A stretch of 62,668 nt of DNA from a virus (IMGVR_UViG_3300032330_000840:1-62668); one strand, 5' to 3'; numbered from the stretch's first letter, positions 17,923 to 27,957 are shown. Notes: generated by a model not told the origin, from the sequence alone. Made by a program: numbers and translations.

Positions 17923-18834
17923 ATGGCTATTTCACGCGCACAACTACTTAAAGAGTTGCTCCCCGGTCTGAATGCCCTGTTCGGTCTGGAATATGCCCGC
18001 TACGGCGAAGAGCATAAAGAGATCTACGAAACCGAAACCTCGGAGCGTAGCTTTGAAGAAGAGACGAAACTTTCTGGTTTCTCTGCTGCACCTGTTAAGA
18101 ACGAGGGTTCCGCCATCGCTTACGACAATGCACAGGAAGCATGGACAGCTCGTTACAACCACGAAACCATCGCTCTTGGCTTCAGCTTGACTGAAGAGGC
18201 TATCGAAGACAACCTGTATGACAGCTTGTCGGCTCGTTACACCAAGGGCCTGGCTCGTGCTATGGCGTACACCAAACAGGTGAAAGGTGCTGCCCCCCTG
18301 AACAACGGCTTTAGCGCTGCCTATACCGGCGGTGACGGCGTTGCTCTGTTCAGCACTGCTCACCCCTTGGTGAATGGTGGCACCAACAGCAACACCCCAA
18401 CCACTCAAGCTGACTTGAACGAGACTTCTCTGGAAGCCGCCGTTATTCAAATCGCCGCTTGGACGGACGAGCGTGGTCTGTTGATTGCAGCTAAGCCCAA
18501 GAAGCTGATCGTTCCTCCTGCTCTGCAATTCGTTGCCACTCGTCTGTTGGAAACCGAACTCCGCGTCGGCACCAACAATAACGATATCAATGCGTTGAAG
18601 AACAATGGTTCGGTGGCTGAAGGCTATACCATCAACCACTTCTTGACCGACAACAACGCTTGGTTCTTGACGACTGATGTGCCTAACGGTATGAAGCACT
18701 TTGTCCGTACTCCGCTGTCTAACAGCATGGACGGCGACTTCGATACCGGTAACGTGCGTTACAAGTCTCGTGAGCGTTACAGCTTCGGCTGGTCTGATCC
18801 TTTGGGTATGTTCGGCTCCAGCGGCTCGTACTAA
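17923..18834 (+). CDS. major capsid protein
   Basis: MAISRAQLLKELLPGLNALFG, SERSFEE, PKKLIVP, RERYSFG; strong SD; terminator follows. Confidence 0.9.
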   Translation: MAISRAQLLKELLPGLNALFGLEYARYGEEHKEIYETETSERSFEEETKLSGFSAAPVKNEGSAIAYDNAQEAWTARYNHETIALGFSLTEEAIEDNLYDSLSARYTKGLARAMAYTKQVKGAAPLNNGFSAAYTGGDGVALFSTAHPLVNGGTNSNTPTTQADLNETSLEAAVIQIAAWTDERGLLIAAKPKKLIVPPALQFVATRLLETELRVGTNNNDINALKNNGSVAEGYTINHFLTDNNAWFLTTDVPNGMKHFVRTPLSNSMDGDFDTGNVRYKSRERYSFGWSDPLGMFGSSGSY

Positions 18835-18851
18835 ACCATAAGGTTTTAAAG

Positions 18852-18875
18852 AAGGCTCCTCCGGGGGCCTTTTTT
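18852..18875 (+). terminator. intrinsic terminator after the MCP
   Basis: AAGGCTCC-TCCG-GGGGCCTT followed by a T run. Confidence 0.85.
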
Positions 18876-18876
18876 A

Positions 18877-18905
18877 TTGCACCTACTTTAAATTGGTGGT
18901 ATATT
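18877..18905 (+). promoter_or_regulatory. sigma70-like promoter
   Basis: TTGCAC-17 nt-TATATT with TGn extension. Confidence 0.6.
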
Positions 18906-18912
18906 GAGTTAT

Positions 18913-18980
18913 CTGGGTGATTGCCCTTACCGCCACTGCCCCAGCAGACGATGCAACGATTGGTAAGGGTTCTTTTGCAT
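18913..18980 (+). ncRNA. candidate multi-pseudoknot 5' leader RNA
   Basis: Three crossing helices: 18913-17/18940-44, 18923-32/18961-70, 18951-56/18975-80. Confidence 0.6.
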
Positions 18981-18994
18981 AAGGACTTTTTGTC

Positions 18995-19690
18995 ATGGCA
19001 CGTTCTACTTTCGAAGGCCCGATTCTCGCGGGCGACAACCGTTTTGGCCCTCTGCGTAATGTGGGTTCCCCTTTGCTGGCGCAACACATTGATATTAGCT
19101 TTGCCAACACAACCGTTGGAACAAACACTTACAGCGGAAGTTCCGGTGTTTTTGTAAACGGCAACACGATTCAAAACGTAAATGGCGTTGTTTACACCCC
19201 CGGCACCTCGACTTACGGAGCCGTAGCACTCCCCGCAGACACCGACACCAACGTCTATCGTGGCGCGGTTATGTATTTGCCTACGGGCTGTAACTTTGAT
19301 GGCGTCAACGTAGACTGCCAGACCGTTGTGGGCGTCGCAGGCGGCACTGCAGCACTGACCTCCGCTACCGTGTATGTATCCAACAACTACACCGCAGATG
19401 GCGGCACCGCTGCATACTTTAAAACCGGTGCCATCAGCGCTGTTGGTCGTCAGGCTTTGTCTACGTTCACTGCAACTCAGATCAACAACCAGTCAAGCAC
19501 ATCCGTTGACATCATCCAACCGAACGGACAACCAAACCTGTCTCAAGTTGTGATTACGGTGGCCATTGTTGGTACAGCTTTGGACACACGAACCTCTTTG
19601 ACGGGCGCTTTCTCGTTCCTTGCTCGTTACTTCCAAAACGACCCCAATGTTGGTACGCTCACCACCTACCCATTTGGCAACCTCGACTAA
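18995..19690 (+). CDS. probable virion structural protein
   Basis: MARSTFEGP N-terminus, Thr/Gly/Val-rich, position after the MCP. Confidence 0.7.
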   Translation: MARSTFEGPILAGDNRFGPLRNVGSPLLAQHIDISFANTTVGTNTYSGSSGVFVNGNTIQNVNGVVYTPGTSTYGAVALPADTDTNVYRGAVMYLPTGCNFDGVNVDCQTVVGVAGGTAALTSATVYVSNNYTADGGTAAYFKTGAISAVGRQALSTFTATQINNQSSTSVDIIQPNGQPNLSQVVITVAIVGTALDTRTSLTGAFSFLARYFQNDPNVGTLTTYPFGNLD

Positions 19691-19699
19691 TTGAGCAGT

Positions 19700-19721
19700 A
19701 GGGGCTTCGGCCCCTTTCTTT
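19700..19721 (+). terminator. intrinsic terminator
   Basis: AGGGGC-TTCG-GCCCCT followed by TTCTTT. Confidence 0.8.
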
Positions 19722-19738
19722 GGACTTAAGGAGCTAAT

Positions 19739-22573
19739 ATGTCTGGTGGATGGACCGTTGTTGACTACAACTCAAATAAGTCGTTGCCCATTACGGGTAT
19801 TGCTAGTTCTGGCACTGTAGCGCCGTTTGTTACCCCTGCACTTGGCTCTCAAGACCCAGTAGGTAAGTTTCGCGTATCTACGCCACAAGCCCTGATTGAC
19901 ACCGACTTTGAGTACGGCACACAGCCGACCAAGTGGGAAACCATTGCCCTGCAGAATAACCGCCAAAGCGTTTACTTCATCCAGCAGCAGCCCATCGGTG
20001 TTAACAGCATTACGGGCACGACTACCCTGACACTCACTGGCGCGTTTGTGGTTGCGGCTAACACCCCAATCTTCATCCAGAACGCCACCGACCCCAATGC
20101 AAACGGCTGGTGGTATACCGCTGCGGGTGGCACAAACTCCATGACCGTAATCCCCACTACGGCTTGTGCTGCAGGGGAAAAATATAGCGCAACTTCAACC
20201 TACACCTATGTGGGCTACTTCTACTCTAACTGTGGTATTGAGGTTGGGGCTAATGCGTTTACGACTGATGGCACTAGTAATGTGACCGTAGCTACATCCA
20301 ATGCCCACGGCTTGCAAGCTGGCAGCTATGTGTACATCCGAGGTACAACAAGCTCCGGTACTATTATTAACGGTGCTCAAATTGTTACTATTGTTGCGAC
20401 TTCCAACGCTTTTAGGTTTACCAATACCAATGGCTCTGTTGCTGCGGCTGCAATCACCAACTCTGCTGGCACTAACGTAGTTTATGCCCGTCCTTCTGGC
20501 TACACAGAGCCTCGCAGCTTTGATGGCGGCGTGGCCTTTACGGCTGGTGGCGGTACACCTAACCAACAGTTGATCCGCCAAACTCGTCGTTACTTCCGCT
20601 ACCAATCGGGTAAAGGTATTCAGTTCTCTACCGGCTCTTCACTGAAGCCCGCGCTGTTTGTTACCTCGTTGACCGGTAGCACTACTACGGCCACGGTAAC
20701 CACTCGATACGCCCACAACCTGACGGTTGGCGCAAACATTCAAGTTGTAAATGCAGACCAAGGTGTGTACAACGGCAACTTTACTGTTGTTACAGTTACA
20801 TCCCCCAACGTATTCACCTACACAACCGTGAATAGTGTTGGCGCAGCTACCACCGCTACCGGTATCATCCGTATTAGCCCAACTAGCTGGTACGGGTCGT
20901 CCAACCGCGTGGGTATGTTTGACCAGCAAAACGGCGTGTTCTTTGAGTTTGATGGACAGAAGCTGTACGCAGTTCTTCGCAACTCCATCAACCAAATCAA
21001 TGGCACGGTTGCAGTAACCAATGGCTCCGCTACGGTAACTGGAACAGGAACTGCTTTTGCTACCCAATTAGCTCCCGGCGACTACATTGTCATCCGTGGA
21101 CAGTCTTATAAAGTAGTTATTATTACCAGCAATACAGACTTAAAAATATCTCCTGAGTATCGTGGTTCAACCATCTCTGGCGCTCTGGTATCCAAGACTA
21201 TTGATGTCAGGGTTCCTCAGTCTCAGTGGTATGACAAGTGCGATGGTACGGGCGCATCTGGGTACAACATTGACTTGACAAGAATGCAGATGTTCTACAT
21301 CGACTACTCTTGGTACGGCGCTGGTGTGGTGCGTTATGGATTCCGTGCCACCAACGGACAAGTGACCTATGTCACCCAAATCCAGAACAACAACCGCCAG
21401 TTTGAAGCCTATATGCGCTCCGGTAACATGGCGGCGCACTATGAGTCCAATGGTCAGTCTCCTATTACCTTCTTGACCGCGACACTGCAGTCGAGCGGTA
21501 CTACTACCACAACAGCCGCAATTACCACCTCTAGCCTAAGCATACCCCTGACATCCGTCGCCAACTTTAATGCTGCTGGCGTGGTGCTTATCGGCAGTGA
21601 GTACATTTCTTACTCTGGAGTCTCGGGCACTACATTGGTAGGCTGTGTTCGTGGTTATGGCGGCACCACTGCGCGGGGCTATCCTTCCGGCACTACTGTT
21701 ACCGCATCCTCTATGGACATTGCAGACGGCACTGGGTTTGCTCCATCAGGCACTGTAAAAGTGCAAGCTGCTAGTGTTACGGGTGCTATTGAGTACATTC
21801 GGTACGCTGGTAACGATGGTAGCTTCCTGTACGGCCTGACTCGCGCCCAGACTGGTGGTCAAGCAGCAGCAACAACCTTCACCTTCAGCGCCACAGCGCC
21901 GACTGCAGTTGAGTTTGCCTCTCCTGATACCGTACCATCTTTGTCTCACTGGGGTTCTTCGGTCATCATGGACGGTCAGTTCAACGATGACAAGTCGCTG
22001 ATTTTCAACTACGGCACGAACGCCCAGTTGACCTTGGCTACGTCTACTACACAAGTGACCCCAATTTTGGCTATCCGTATCGCTCCATCTGTGGACAACG
22101 GTCAAGTAGGCTTGCTCGGTGCCAAAGAGATCATCAACCGTATGCAGTTGCAGTTGGTTGAGTTGGGTGTTGTAACTTCCGGCCCTGTGCTAATTAACTT
22201 GATTTTGAACGGCTATGTGTCGGGCGGAACATGGGGTAACTGGGCACCGCCATTGGCTTTGGGTTCCGGTGCTTACTCATCGTCTCTGGCGCAAGTAGCT
22301 GTGAATACTGGCCCAACCGGTACTCTGGTTGGCGGTGAGTCTGTGGCTGCAGCGTACACCAATACCAACGGTCAAACTACTCTGGACTTGAGCTTTGTGC
22401 GTGACTTGGGTAACTCCATCTTGGGCGGGGGCACTTCTAGCTCAGTGCCTACAGCACAGTCCAATGTGTACCCAGATGGCCCGGACATCTTGTATGTGTG
22501 CGCCACTAACGTGGTAACTGCAGCAACTCCAACTATTCTGGCTCGTCTAAGCTGGAAAGAAGCCCAGGCGTAA
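19739..22573 (+). CDS. large beta-rich virion surface protein (944 aa)
   Basis: GKFRVSTPQ, RQTRRYFRYQSGKG, IDYSWYGAG core interrupted by Thr-rich modules. Confidence 0.75.
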   Translation: MSGGWTVVDYNSNKSLPITGIASSGTVAPFVTPALGSQDPVGKFRVSTPQALIDTDFEYGTQPTKWETIALQNNRQSVYFIQQQPIGVNSITGTTTLTLTGAFVVAANTPIFIQNATDPNANGWWYTAAGGTNSMTVIPTTACAAGEKYSATSTYTYVGYFYSNCGIEVGANAFTTDGTSNVTVATSNAHGLQAGSYVYIRGTTSSGTIINGAQIVTIVATSNAFRFTNTNGSVAAAAITNSAGTNVVYARPSGYTEPRSFDGGVAFTAGGGTPNQQLIRQTRRYFRYQSGKGIQFSTGSSLKPALFVTSLTGSTTTATVTTRYAHNLTVGANIQVVNADQGVYNGNFTVVTVTSPNVFTYTTVNSVGAATTATGIIRISPTSWYGSSNRVGMFDQQNGVFFEFDGQKLYAVLRNSINQINGTVAVTNGSATVTGTGTAFATQLAPGDYIVIRGQSYKVVIITSNTDLKISPEYRGSTISGALVSKTIDVRVPQSQWYDKCDGTGASGYNIDLTRMQMFYIDYSWYGAGVVRYGFRATNGQVTYVTQIQNNNRQFEAYMRSGNMAAHYESNGQSPITFLTATLQSSGTTTTTAAITTSSLSIPLTSVANFNAAGVVLIGSEYISYSGVSGTTLVGCVRGYGGTTARGYPSGTTVTASSMDIADGTGFAPSGTVKVQAASVTGAIEYIRYAGNDGSFLYGLTRAQTGGQAAATTFTFSATAPTAVEFASPDTVPSLSHWGSSVIMDGQFNDDKSLIFNYGTNAQLTLATSTTQVTPILAIRIAPSVDNGQVGLLGAKEIINRMQLQLVELGVVTSGPVLINLILNGYVSGGTWGNWAPPLALGSGAYSSSLAQVAVNTGPTGTLVGGESVAAAYTNTNGQTTLDLSFVRDLGNSILGGGTSSSVPTAQSNVYPDGPDILYVCATNVVTAATPTILARLSWKEAQA

Positions 22574-22576
22574 TGT

Positions 22577-22825
22577 ATGGCTACCAAGTCACCAGCATGG
22601 ACTCGCAAGGAAGGCAAGAACCCCAACGGCGGCTTGAACGCCAAGGGGCGGGCCTCTGCGAAAAAACAAGGCATGAATTTGAAGCCTCCCCAGCCGGAAG
22701 GCGGCAGCAGGCGCGACTCTTTTTGTGCAAGAATGTCTGGAATGAAGAAGAAGCTTACCAGCGCCAAAACCGCCAACGACCCGAACTCGCGTATCAACAA
22801 GAGTCTTAAAGCTTGGAACTGCTGA
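22577..22825 (+). CDS. conserved small basic phage protein (DUF6321-like)
   Basis: AWTRKEGKNP.GGLNAKGRAS, SFCARM, SRINKSL.AWNC. Confidence 0.75.
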   Translation: MATKSPAWTRKEGKNPNGGLNAKGRASAKKQGMNLKPPQPEGGSRRDSFCARMSGMKKKLTSAKTANDPNSRINKSLKAWNC

Positions 22826-22826
22826 C

Positions 22827-23012
22827 ATGACTGAACATCACGACACCCTTAAAAACGCCATCGACATTCTTGCTCCTATAGCAGCAATTGGTGCGTTTCT
22901 TGAGTTCATTTCGCCGGTGTTTGGCCTTATCGGAGCAATTCTTGCGGTCATGCGTATCGCTGAGATGGTGACCGGTAAAGACTTTGTTGACCTCATCCGA
23001 CGCAAAAAATAA
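22827..23012 (+). CDS. small membrane protein
   Basis: Hydrophobic core, basic C-terminus. Confidence 0.65.
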   Translation: MTEHHDTLKNAIDILAPIAAIGAFLEFISPVFGLIGAILAVMRIAEMVTGKDFVDLIRRKK

Positions 23013-23022
23013 AGGATACATC

Positions 23023-23823
23023 ATGGCAATGGTTCCACCAAGCCCCTACGATAAGCTTACCAACATTAACCGTGGTATGCCTCAAGTTGCTCAGCCAGCA
23101 ACGACCACGCAGATGCGCCCATCTCCTCCAAGCTTGCGTGGTTTTATGAACCAGCATCATGGTCATTTTGGTGGCAGTCACTTTGGTATGCTCCCTCCAG
23201 GTATTGATCCACGCGCCATCGCTGCTAACCCTCAAGGTTACCAACAGTTTTTGCGTCAAGCTCAACAACAAGAGCAGCAGCGTCCTGGTACCACATTTTT
23301 GGGTCAAACTCCACAACCTGAGATGATGCCTGGACTGATGCCAAAATCCGCTGGCACTGGCCTGGATATGTTTAGCAATGACCAGGAAAAAGCAAAGGCA
23401 GCACAATACGCTGCAATGATGCAATACCAGCAAATGCAAAAAACAGCGGGTCAACAACCCGAAATGAAGCCAGGTTTAAGCCAGCAAGAACTGCAGAAAA
23501 AACTTTCTGAGCAGCAGTTGTATGGTCTTGGTCCAAATGACCAACCAATGCAGCCCATGCAGCCTGCAAATTATGGTGATCGTTTAACTCAACCAATGCA
23601 GCCCATGCAGCCGGGTATGGATTTTGGATTAAACCAGCCATCTCCACAACCTGGAATGCAACCTTCCCAATATGGAGGCTCTCCTCCTATGAGCTTGGGT
23701 AAATTTCAAAATACCATGCAGGGTACTCCAAGCAATCCTCCCATGAATTTGAGTGGACCTATGACTCAACCCTTGCAACCACTGCAATCCAACAATTTGA
23801 TGCAGCAAGTTGGAATGAAGTAA
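23023..23823 (+). CDS. Gln/Pro/Met-rich low-complexity protein
   Basis: AAGGA SD; QPMQPMQP repeats. Confidence 0.65.
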   Translation: MAMVPPSPYDKLTNINRGMPQVAQPATTTQMRPSPPSLRGFMNQHHGHFGGSHFGMLPPGIDPRAIAANPQGYQQFLRQAQQQEQQRPGTTFLGQTPQPEMMPGLMPKSAGTGLDMFSNDQEKAKAAQYAAMMQYQQMQKTAGQQPEMKPGLSQQELQKKLSEQQLYGLGPNDQPMQPMQPANYGDRLTQPMQPMQPGMDFGLNQPSPQPGMQPSQYGGSPPMSLGKFQNTMQGTPSNPPMNLSGPMTQPLQPLQSNNLMQQVGMK

Positions 23824-23824
23824 T

Positions 23825-24220
23825 ATGCCTTCGGTTAGTAAGAAGCAACACAATTTCATGGCTGCTGTGGCCCATAGCCCTGCTTTTGCCAAGAAAGTAG
23901 GAGTCTCACAGTCCGTGGGGCAAGACTTTAACAATGCCGATAAAGGCAAAAAATTCTCTAAAGGTGGTGATACTATGGCTACAAAAATGGATCCTCGCGT
24001 AATGCAAATGATGGCTGCTAAGGCTGCTGCTTCTCGCGCCCCTATGAAGCGCCCGATGCCTGCAGCTCCGGCTATGGCTCCTGGCATGAAAAAAGGTGGC
24101 GCTACTAAAAAGATGGCTGGCGGCGGATTGGCTGCTGGCCACAAAAGTGCTGATGGCGTTGCAACCAAAGGCAAAACTACAACCAAACAAATTGTTATGA
24201 AGAAAGGCGGGAAGTGCTAA
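23825..24220 (+). CDS. small basic protein with repeated (hydrophobic)xxGG motifs
   Basis: MPSVSKKQHNFMAAVAH; FSKGG, MKKGG x2, MAGGG, ADGVATKGKT. Confidence 0.75.
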   Translation: MPSVSKKQHNFMAAVAHSPAFAKKVGVSQSVGQDFNNADKGKKFSKGGDTMATKMDPRVMQMMAAKAAASRAPMKRPMPAAPAMAPGMKKGGATKKMAGGGLAAGHKSADGVATKGKTTTKQIVMKKGGKC

Positions 24221-24672
24221 TGGCTACTCAATCAAATTATGATGACTATGATGAAATGGCTGGAGTTGAAGATGCCATTGCAGCGCAAAAAGCAGCCGCT
24301 GATCAAGAGGATGATACTTCCGCTCTGAAAGCTTATAGTCCAGCGGCATCCGAAAATAAACCTGCTGTTAAAAAACCCAAACCAGCAGCTAAGCCAGCGG
24401 CTAAAACCTATACTTCAAATTATTCAAATGAAGGTAGTAAATACAAAGCGCCTGCAAGCACCTCCACCCCAACTGATGTAACTCAAATGTCGGTTAATGA
24501 TCGTCTAAAGGCTGCAAAAAACAAATCTCGTGAAGGAACCACTGATTCGCGTTCCGTAAATGAACGATTTCGTTCGGCATTTGGGTTTAAGTCTGGAGGA
24601 GCTGTTAGTTCCGCATCACGCAGAGCTGATGGTATTGCCACCAAAGGTAAAACTCGTGGAAAGATGTGTTAA
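24220..24672 (+). CDS. small protein with GG/ADG-KGKT C-terminal motif
   Basis: FKSGG..SASRRADGIATKGKTRG. Confidence 0.75.
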   Translation: MATQSNYDDYDEMAGVEDAIAAQKAAADQEDDTSALKAYSPAASENKPAVKKPKPAAKPAAKTYTSNYSNEGSKYKAPASTSTPTDVTQMSVNDRLKAAKNKSREGTTDSRSVNERFRSAFGFKSGGAVSSASRRADGIATKGKTRGKMC

Positions 24673-24674
24673 TC

Positions 24675-25034
24675 ATGGCAAACGCTACCCCCCAAAACGT
24701 GGATGAGCCAGTTGGATCCAAAAATACAAAGTTTGAGGATTACGAAAGCTTGATCCGTGTGGATGGAAAGCCTGTGCAAAAAAGCACTCCGCAAACAAAA
24801 TATGGAATAGCTGGTAAATTAAAAAATTCTGGCAATGCCGTCAACTACGGAGTAGCAAGTCGTCCTAAAAACCCTGACGCCGCTACCAGCGACAGCAAAA
24901 CTAACGCTATGGGTGATACCTACGCCAAGGGCGGCATGACCGCATCCAGACGCGCTGATGGTATTGCTCAACGTGGCAAGACAAAGGGCACGATGGTTAT
25001 GTGTGGTGGCGGCATGGCTAGGGGTCGCAAGTGA
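24675..25034 (+). CDS. small protein with GG/ADG-RGKT C-terminal motif
   Basis: YAKGG..ASRRADGIAQRGKTKG. Confidence 0.75.
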   Translation: MANATPQNVDEPVGSKNTKFEDYESLIRVDGKPVQKSTPQTKYGIAGKLKNSGNAVNYGVASRPKNPDAATSDSKTNAMGDTYAKGGMTASRRADGIAQRGKTKGTMVMCGGGMARGRK

Positions 25035-25264
25035 GAGCCAGTCGCGGCATGGGGGACATCAATCCCTCTAAAATGCCATCAGCCAGGAAGGTTGCCCGCC
25101 GTGACAACACTGACTTCACGGAGTACGCAAAAGGTGGTCCGGTTGGTTTGTACGCCAACATTAACGCCAAGCGGAAACGTGGAGCAAAGATGCGTAAGCC
25201 AGGCGCTAAAGGCGCACCCACAGATCAAGCATTCATTGATTCAGCAAAAACTGCAAAGAAGTAA
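25031..25264 (+). CDS. small basic protein
   Basis: GTG start; YAKGG, GLYANINAKRKR, PGAKGAPT. Confidence 0.75.
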   Translation: MRASRGMGDINPSKMPSARKVARRDNTDFTEYAKGGPVGLYANINAKRKRGAKMRKPGAKGAPTDQAFIDSAKTAKK

Positions 25265-25273
25265 GGAAACAAC

Positions 25274-25486
25274 ATGTCCCAATTCACATTGACCACTGAA
25301 GAAGATGCATTGGTTATTACTGCATTGCGTAACAAAGCAACGCAGTATTCAGCCATGTTTGGATCTTCCGACCCTGCACTAGATGCATTGATCGCCAAGG
25401 TTGAGGGGCAATTAACCCCCGTGGCCCAAGAGGTTCAAGCCGTAGAAGAAAAGCCCGTCAAGGCCAAAAAATCCAAGGCTGAGTAA
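25274..25486 (+). CDS. hypothetical protein
   Basis: AAGGA SD. Confidence 0.7.
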   Translation: MSQFTLTTEEDALVITALRNKATQYSAMFGSSDPALDALIAKVEGQLTPVAQEVQAVEEKPVKAKKSKAE

Positions 25487-25488
25487 AC

Positions 25489-26418
25489 ATGACCACCTCC
25501 GGCTCCACCGCCTTCAATCTTGAGTTTGTAGAACTTGCTGAAGAAGCCTGGGAGAGAGCTGGCCGCGAGATGAGGTCTGGTTATGACTTGCGTACTGCAC
25601 GTAGGTCAATGAACCTTATGACCATTGAGTGGGCCAATCGCGGGTTAAACATGTGGACGATTGAGACTGGGACCATAACCTTGACCCAGGGCTTGAATAC
25701 GTATGCGCTACCTACAGACACGATTGATCTACTTGATCATGTGATCCGTACTCAGCCCAACGTAGCATCCACTCAATCCGATTTGAGCATTACCAGGATT
25801 AGCGTATCCACTTACGCAACAATCCCCAACAAGTTGACTCAAGGGCGTCCAATCCAAGTATGGATACAGCGTCTTTCAGGCCAGGTGAACCCTACCAGCG
25901 CAACGCTTAGCTCAACCATCTCCTCCACGGATACGTCTATAACACTCAGTACAGTTGTTGGGCTTGCCGGGTCTGGCTACATCCGCCTGGACTCAGAGGA
26001 CATTTACTACACCTACATCTCAGGTAACACGCTTGGCGGAGTGTTTCGTGGTCAGAACAATACCACCGCAGCATCTCATACGGCTGGCGCTGCTGTTAGT
26101 GTTCCACAGCTCCCGGCCATAACGGTGTGGCCTACGCCAGATGGATCTCAGACATACCAGTTTGTGTACTACCGCCTGCGTCGGGTTCAGGATGCTGGGG
26201 ATGGTAGCAACACTGCCGATATGAATTTCAGGTTCCTGCCTGCTGTTACGGCTGGCTTGGCCTACTACATAGCCATGAAGGTTCCTGAGTTTCAGAACCG
26301 CCTTGATATGTTGAAGGCTGTTTATGATGAGCAATTTAAGCTGGCTGCTGGCGAAGACCATGAAAAAGCTACGTTGCGGCTTGCTCCAAGAATTGCATAC
26401 ATTGGTGGCGGCTATTAA
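25489..26418 (+). CDS. head-tail adaptor-like protein with an inserted beta module
   Basis: EEAWERAG, ARRSMNLM..EWANRG, VWPTPD, GLAYYIA. Confidence 0.75.
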   Translation: MTTSGSTAFNLEFVELAEEAWERAGREMRSGYDLRTARRSMNLMTIEWANRGLNMWTIETGTITLTQGLNTYALPTDTIDLLDHVIRTQPNVASTQSDLSITRISVSTYATIPNKLTQGRPIQVWIQRLSGQVNPTSATLSSTISSTDTSITLSTVVGLAGSGYIRLDSEDIYYTYISGNTLGGVFRGQNNTTAASHTAGAAVSVPQLPAITVWPTPDGSQTYQFVYYRLRRVQDAGDGSNTADMNFRFLPAVTAGLAYYIAMKVPEFQNRLDMLKAVYDEQFKLAAGEDHEKATLRLAPRIAYIGGGY

Positions 26419-26807
26419 TGGCTTCTCCATACGCATCAGGCAAATACTCGATTGCCGAGTGTGATAGGTGCGGCCAGCGTTTCAAGCTTAAGCAGTTGAA
26501 GATTGAGGTTATAAAGACTAAACTGTATCAATTGAAGGTGTGTGAAGTATGCTGGGATCCAGACCAGCCGCAGCTTCAATTGGGCATGTACCCAGTTAAT
26601 GATCCACAAGCAGTGTATCAACCAAGGCCAGATACAACCTATGTTTCCGCCGGTCTTAACACTTCCGGATTTAATACTGGTGGATCTCGTGATATTCAAT
26701 GGGGTTGGAATCCAGTTGGTGGTTCCAGCCAATTTGATGCAACCTTAACGCCCAATTACTTGGTTGGAACCACAAGTGTTGGTACAGTAACAGTAACGGT
26801 TTCGTAG
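26418..26807 (+). CDS. conserved Zn-ribbon protein of the tail module
   Basis: CDRCG, VCEVCWDPDQPQL, PRPD. Confidence 0.75.
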   Translation: MASPYASGKYSIAECDRCGQRFKLKQLKIEVIKTKLYQLKVCEVCWDPDQPQLQLGMYPVNDPQAVYQPRPDTTYVSAGLNTSGFNTGGSRDIQWGWNPVGGSSQFDATLTPNYLVGTTSVGTVTVTVS

Positions 26808-26816
26808 GAGTAAATT

Positions 26817-27008
26817 ATGGCTAAAGAAAACATGAAGATGGACATGGCGCAAGACAAAGCCATGATCAAAAAAGCATTCAAGCAGCATGACGCTCAAGAG
26901 CACAAGGGCGGCAAAGGCACTTCCTTGAAACTCAAAAAAGGTGGCGTCACCGGTAAAGCTATGCGAGCTGTTGGCCGCAACATGGCCCGTGCAAACAATC
27001 AAAAGTAA
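26817..27008 (+). CDS. small basic protein
   Basis: AGGAG SD; LKKGG. Confidence 0.7.
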   Translation: MAKENMKMDMAQDKAMIKKAFKQHDAQEHKGGKGTSLKLKKGGVTGKAMRAVGRNMARANNQK

Positions 27009-27016
27009 GGTCAATC

Positions 27017-27298
27017 ATGGCTACATTTAGTAAAAAAATGATGGGCAAAGAGGTTGGTTCTGCTGATGTGTACGCGCAGCCGCACACCATGTCTGGCAAG
27101 AAAATGACCCAGGCACCGGTGGAGTTTGGAACCAACCCCGGCTTTCCTCCCAACAAAAGCAAGCTTGAGAATATTGATGTGAGCGTTGGCAACATCAGTA
27201 AGTCTGCTGGCAATGAGCCAATCAAAACCTCCGGCATCAAAATGCGCGGTACTGGTTGCGCTACCAAAGGCACAATGTCCAGAGGTCCGATGGCATGA
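27017..27298 (+). CDS. small protein
   Basis: C-terminal IKMRGTGCATKG. Confidence 0.7.
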   Translation: MATFSKKMMGKEVGSADVYAQPHTMSGKKMTQAPVEFGTNPGFPPNKSKLENIDVSVGNISKSAGNEPIKTSGIKMRGTGCATKGTMSRGPMA

Positions 27299-27957
27299 AC
27301 TACGCTGCGCTTGTAGTTGCGATTTCCGATTACACGGAGAACACCTTTGAAACGGTGGATGTAAACCTGTTTATTACGCAGGCAGAGCAACGCATCTATA
27401 ACTCAGTTCAGTTCCCCTCGTTGCGTAAAAACGTAACGGGAGCAATCACATCCGGCAACAAGTATATTTCCTGCCCAGATGATTTCCTGGCACCTTACTC
27501 TTTGGCAATCTATCCCCAGGCTGGTGGAAGTTACACATACTTACTCAACAAAGATGTTAACTTCATGCGTGAAGCATATCCAAACCCAGCAAGCACGGGC
27601 ACTCCAAAGTATTACGCAATTTTTGGCCCAACCGTAAACTCTGGAACTATAACCAATGAGTTGACACTGATTCTTGGGCCAACCCCGGACGCTGTATATA
27701 GCACGGAGCTGCATTACTACTATTACCCAGAGTCAATCACTACCGCCTCCACAACTTGGCTTGGCGATAACTTTGACTCGGTGCTTTTGTATGGTGCTCT
27801 GGTTGAGGCTTACACCTACATGAAGGGTGAGGCCGACATGATTACCCTGTACAACCAAAAGTACATGGAAGCACTTGCGCTTGCTAAACGTCTGGGTGAT
27901 GGTATGGAGCGCCAGGATGCCTATCGCAGTGGTCAACTAAGGGCGAAGGTTAACTGA
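27295..27957 (+). CDS. second adaptor/tail tubular-like protein
   Basis: FITQAEQRI, GTPKYYA, GPTPD..Y..EL.YY, LLYGALVEA. Confidence 0.75.
   Translation: MNYAALVVAISDYTENTFETVDVNLFITQAEQRIYNSVQFPSLRKNVTGAITSGNKYISCPDDFLAPYSLAIYPQAGGSYTYLLNKDVNFMREAYPNPASTGTPKYYAIFGPTVNSGTITNELTLILGPTPDAVYSTELHYYYYPESITTASTTWLGDNFDSVLLYGALVEAYTYMKGEADMITLYNQKYMEALALAKRLGDGMERQDAYRSGQLRAKVN

Noticed and set aside
16995-18699. Long antisense ORFs (300 and 251 aa) opposite the capsid genes; similarly 3176-4150, 44022-45113 and 52834-53640
   Set aside because: Shadow frames expected from codon bias; no SD or motifs seen
18913-18980. HDV-like or theta ribozyme call
   Set aside because: Helix order is partly similar, but the P1.1, L3 and J4/2 consensus are absent; kept as an unclassified RNA
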